This document shows positions 35,686-35,967 of a stretch of 35,967 nucleotides of DNA, piece after piece. The first letter of the stretch is position 1. Each line of letters starts with the position of its first letter. The notes below the pieces were generated by a model. That model saw nothing but the letters and a program-made list of their open reading frames with translations, was not told the origin of the DNA and did not search any database. A program made the position numbers and the translations under genes. The DNA is from a bacterium (GTDB lineage Bacteria; Muiribacteriota; UBA6191): positions 1-35,967 of the forward strand of contig JAYZAC010000127.1 in the NCBI GenBank assembly GCA_036339875.1. The letters are read 5' to 3'.

Positions 35686-35741
35686 TAATTTAAACTAAGT
35701 CTACAAAAATGTTTACGCAGGCGGATCGTATTTGAAGATCC

Positions 35742-35769
35742 TTGACTTTTGAGAAGAAGTTGATAGACT
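35742..35769 (+). promoter_or_regulatory. sigma70 promoter of tRNA-Leu
   Basis: TTGACT-16 nt-TAGACT with extended TG. Confidence 0.6.
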
Positions 35770-35780
35770 TTATGACTTCT

Positions 35781-35863
35781 GCGAAAGTGGTGGAATTGGT
35801 AGACACGCTAGATTTAGGATCTAGTGCCTTCTTGGCGTGAGAGTTCAAGTCTCTCCTTTCGCA
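35781..35863 (+). tRNA. tRNA-Leu (UAG), CCA not encoded
   Basis: GCGAAAG/CTTTCGC acceptor, CTAGA-TTTAGGA-TCTAG anticodon arm, long variable arm, GTTCAAGTC. Confidence 0.95.
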
Positions 35864-35934
35864 TTTTCTTTTTTAGTCTAACACTGAGGTGTACGGCTAT
35901 ATCAATGATCATTATAGAATAGGATGTGAGAACC

Positions 35935-35967
35935 ATGGCTAAAATAGAAAGTCATCAGGTAAAACGG
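35935..35967 (+). CDS. start of a gene running off the window (MAKIESHQVKR...), product unknown
   Basis: ATG downstream of AGGA; open to window end; too short to identify. Confidence 0.45.
   Translation, partial: MAKIESHQVKR

Noticed and set aside
34005..35967. tRNA-targeted genomic island
   Set aside because: No integrase, no duplicated tRNA 3' end and no obvious compositional shift in the window
35935..35967. Trigger factor (tig often follows a tRNA-Leu)
   Set aside because: Only 11 codons visible; cannot be supported
1..35967. CRISPR array, IS element, prophage or defence system
   Set aside because: No repeat-spacer periodicity, transposase, phage or defence motifs recognised

Overview
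AT-rich bacterial chromosomal window, gene-dense, with no mobile element or CRISPR array visible; flgH/flgI point to a diderm flagellated cell. Left to right: a partial MBOAT-family gene, an orphan protein with a duplicated domain, a TPR protein, a fructosamine-kinase-like gene, and a minus-strand operon (nucleoside phosphorylase, nrnA, glutaredoxin, apbC/mrp ATPase, SDR, two PTPS/QueD paralogues). Next come an NtrC-like regulator with a His-kinase-like partner, dcd and an orphan NuoE-like 2Fe-2S protein. A ~16 kb bioenergetic block follows: an 11-gene Mrp/Mnh-type cation/H+ antiporter operon with three MrpD-like subunits, then an alternative complex III operon (actA, small Tat-motif ORF, actB, actC, fused actDE, actF) with no oxidase genes. 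The right end holds TPR, NUDIX and SEC-C proteins, flgI/flgH behind a sigma28-like promoter, tRNA-His, tRNA-Arg(UCG), a TPR protein and tRNA-Leu(UAG). Most notable: (1) an apparently phosphorylation-independent two-component pair (kinase His->Asn, receiver Asp->Glu, GAFTGA loop deleted) behind two Fur-family-like 7-1-7 boxes; (2) the nuoE-like/Mrp/ACIII clustering, including small candidate accessory subunits; (3) several other proteins lacking canonical catalytic or ligand residues (MBOAT, NUDIX, ApbC). All calls come from reading motifs by eye; no database searches were run.
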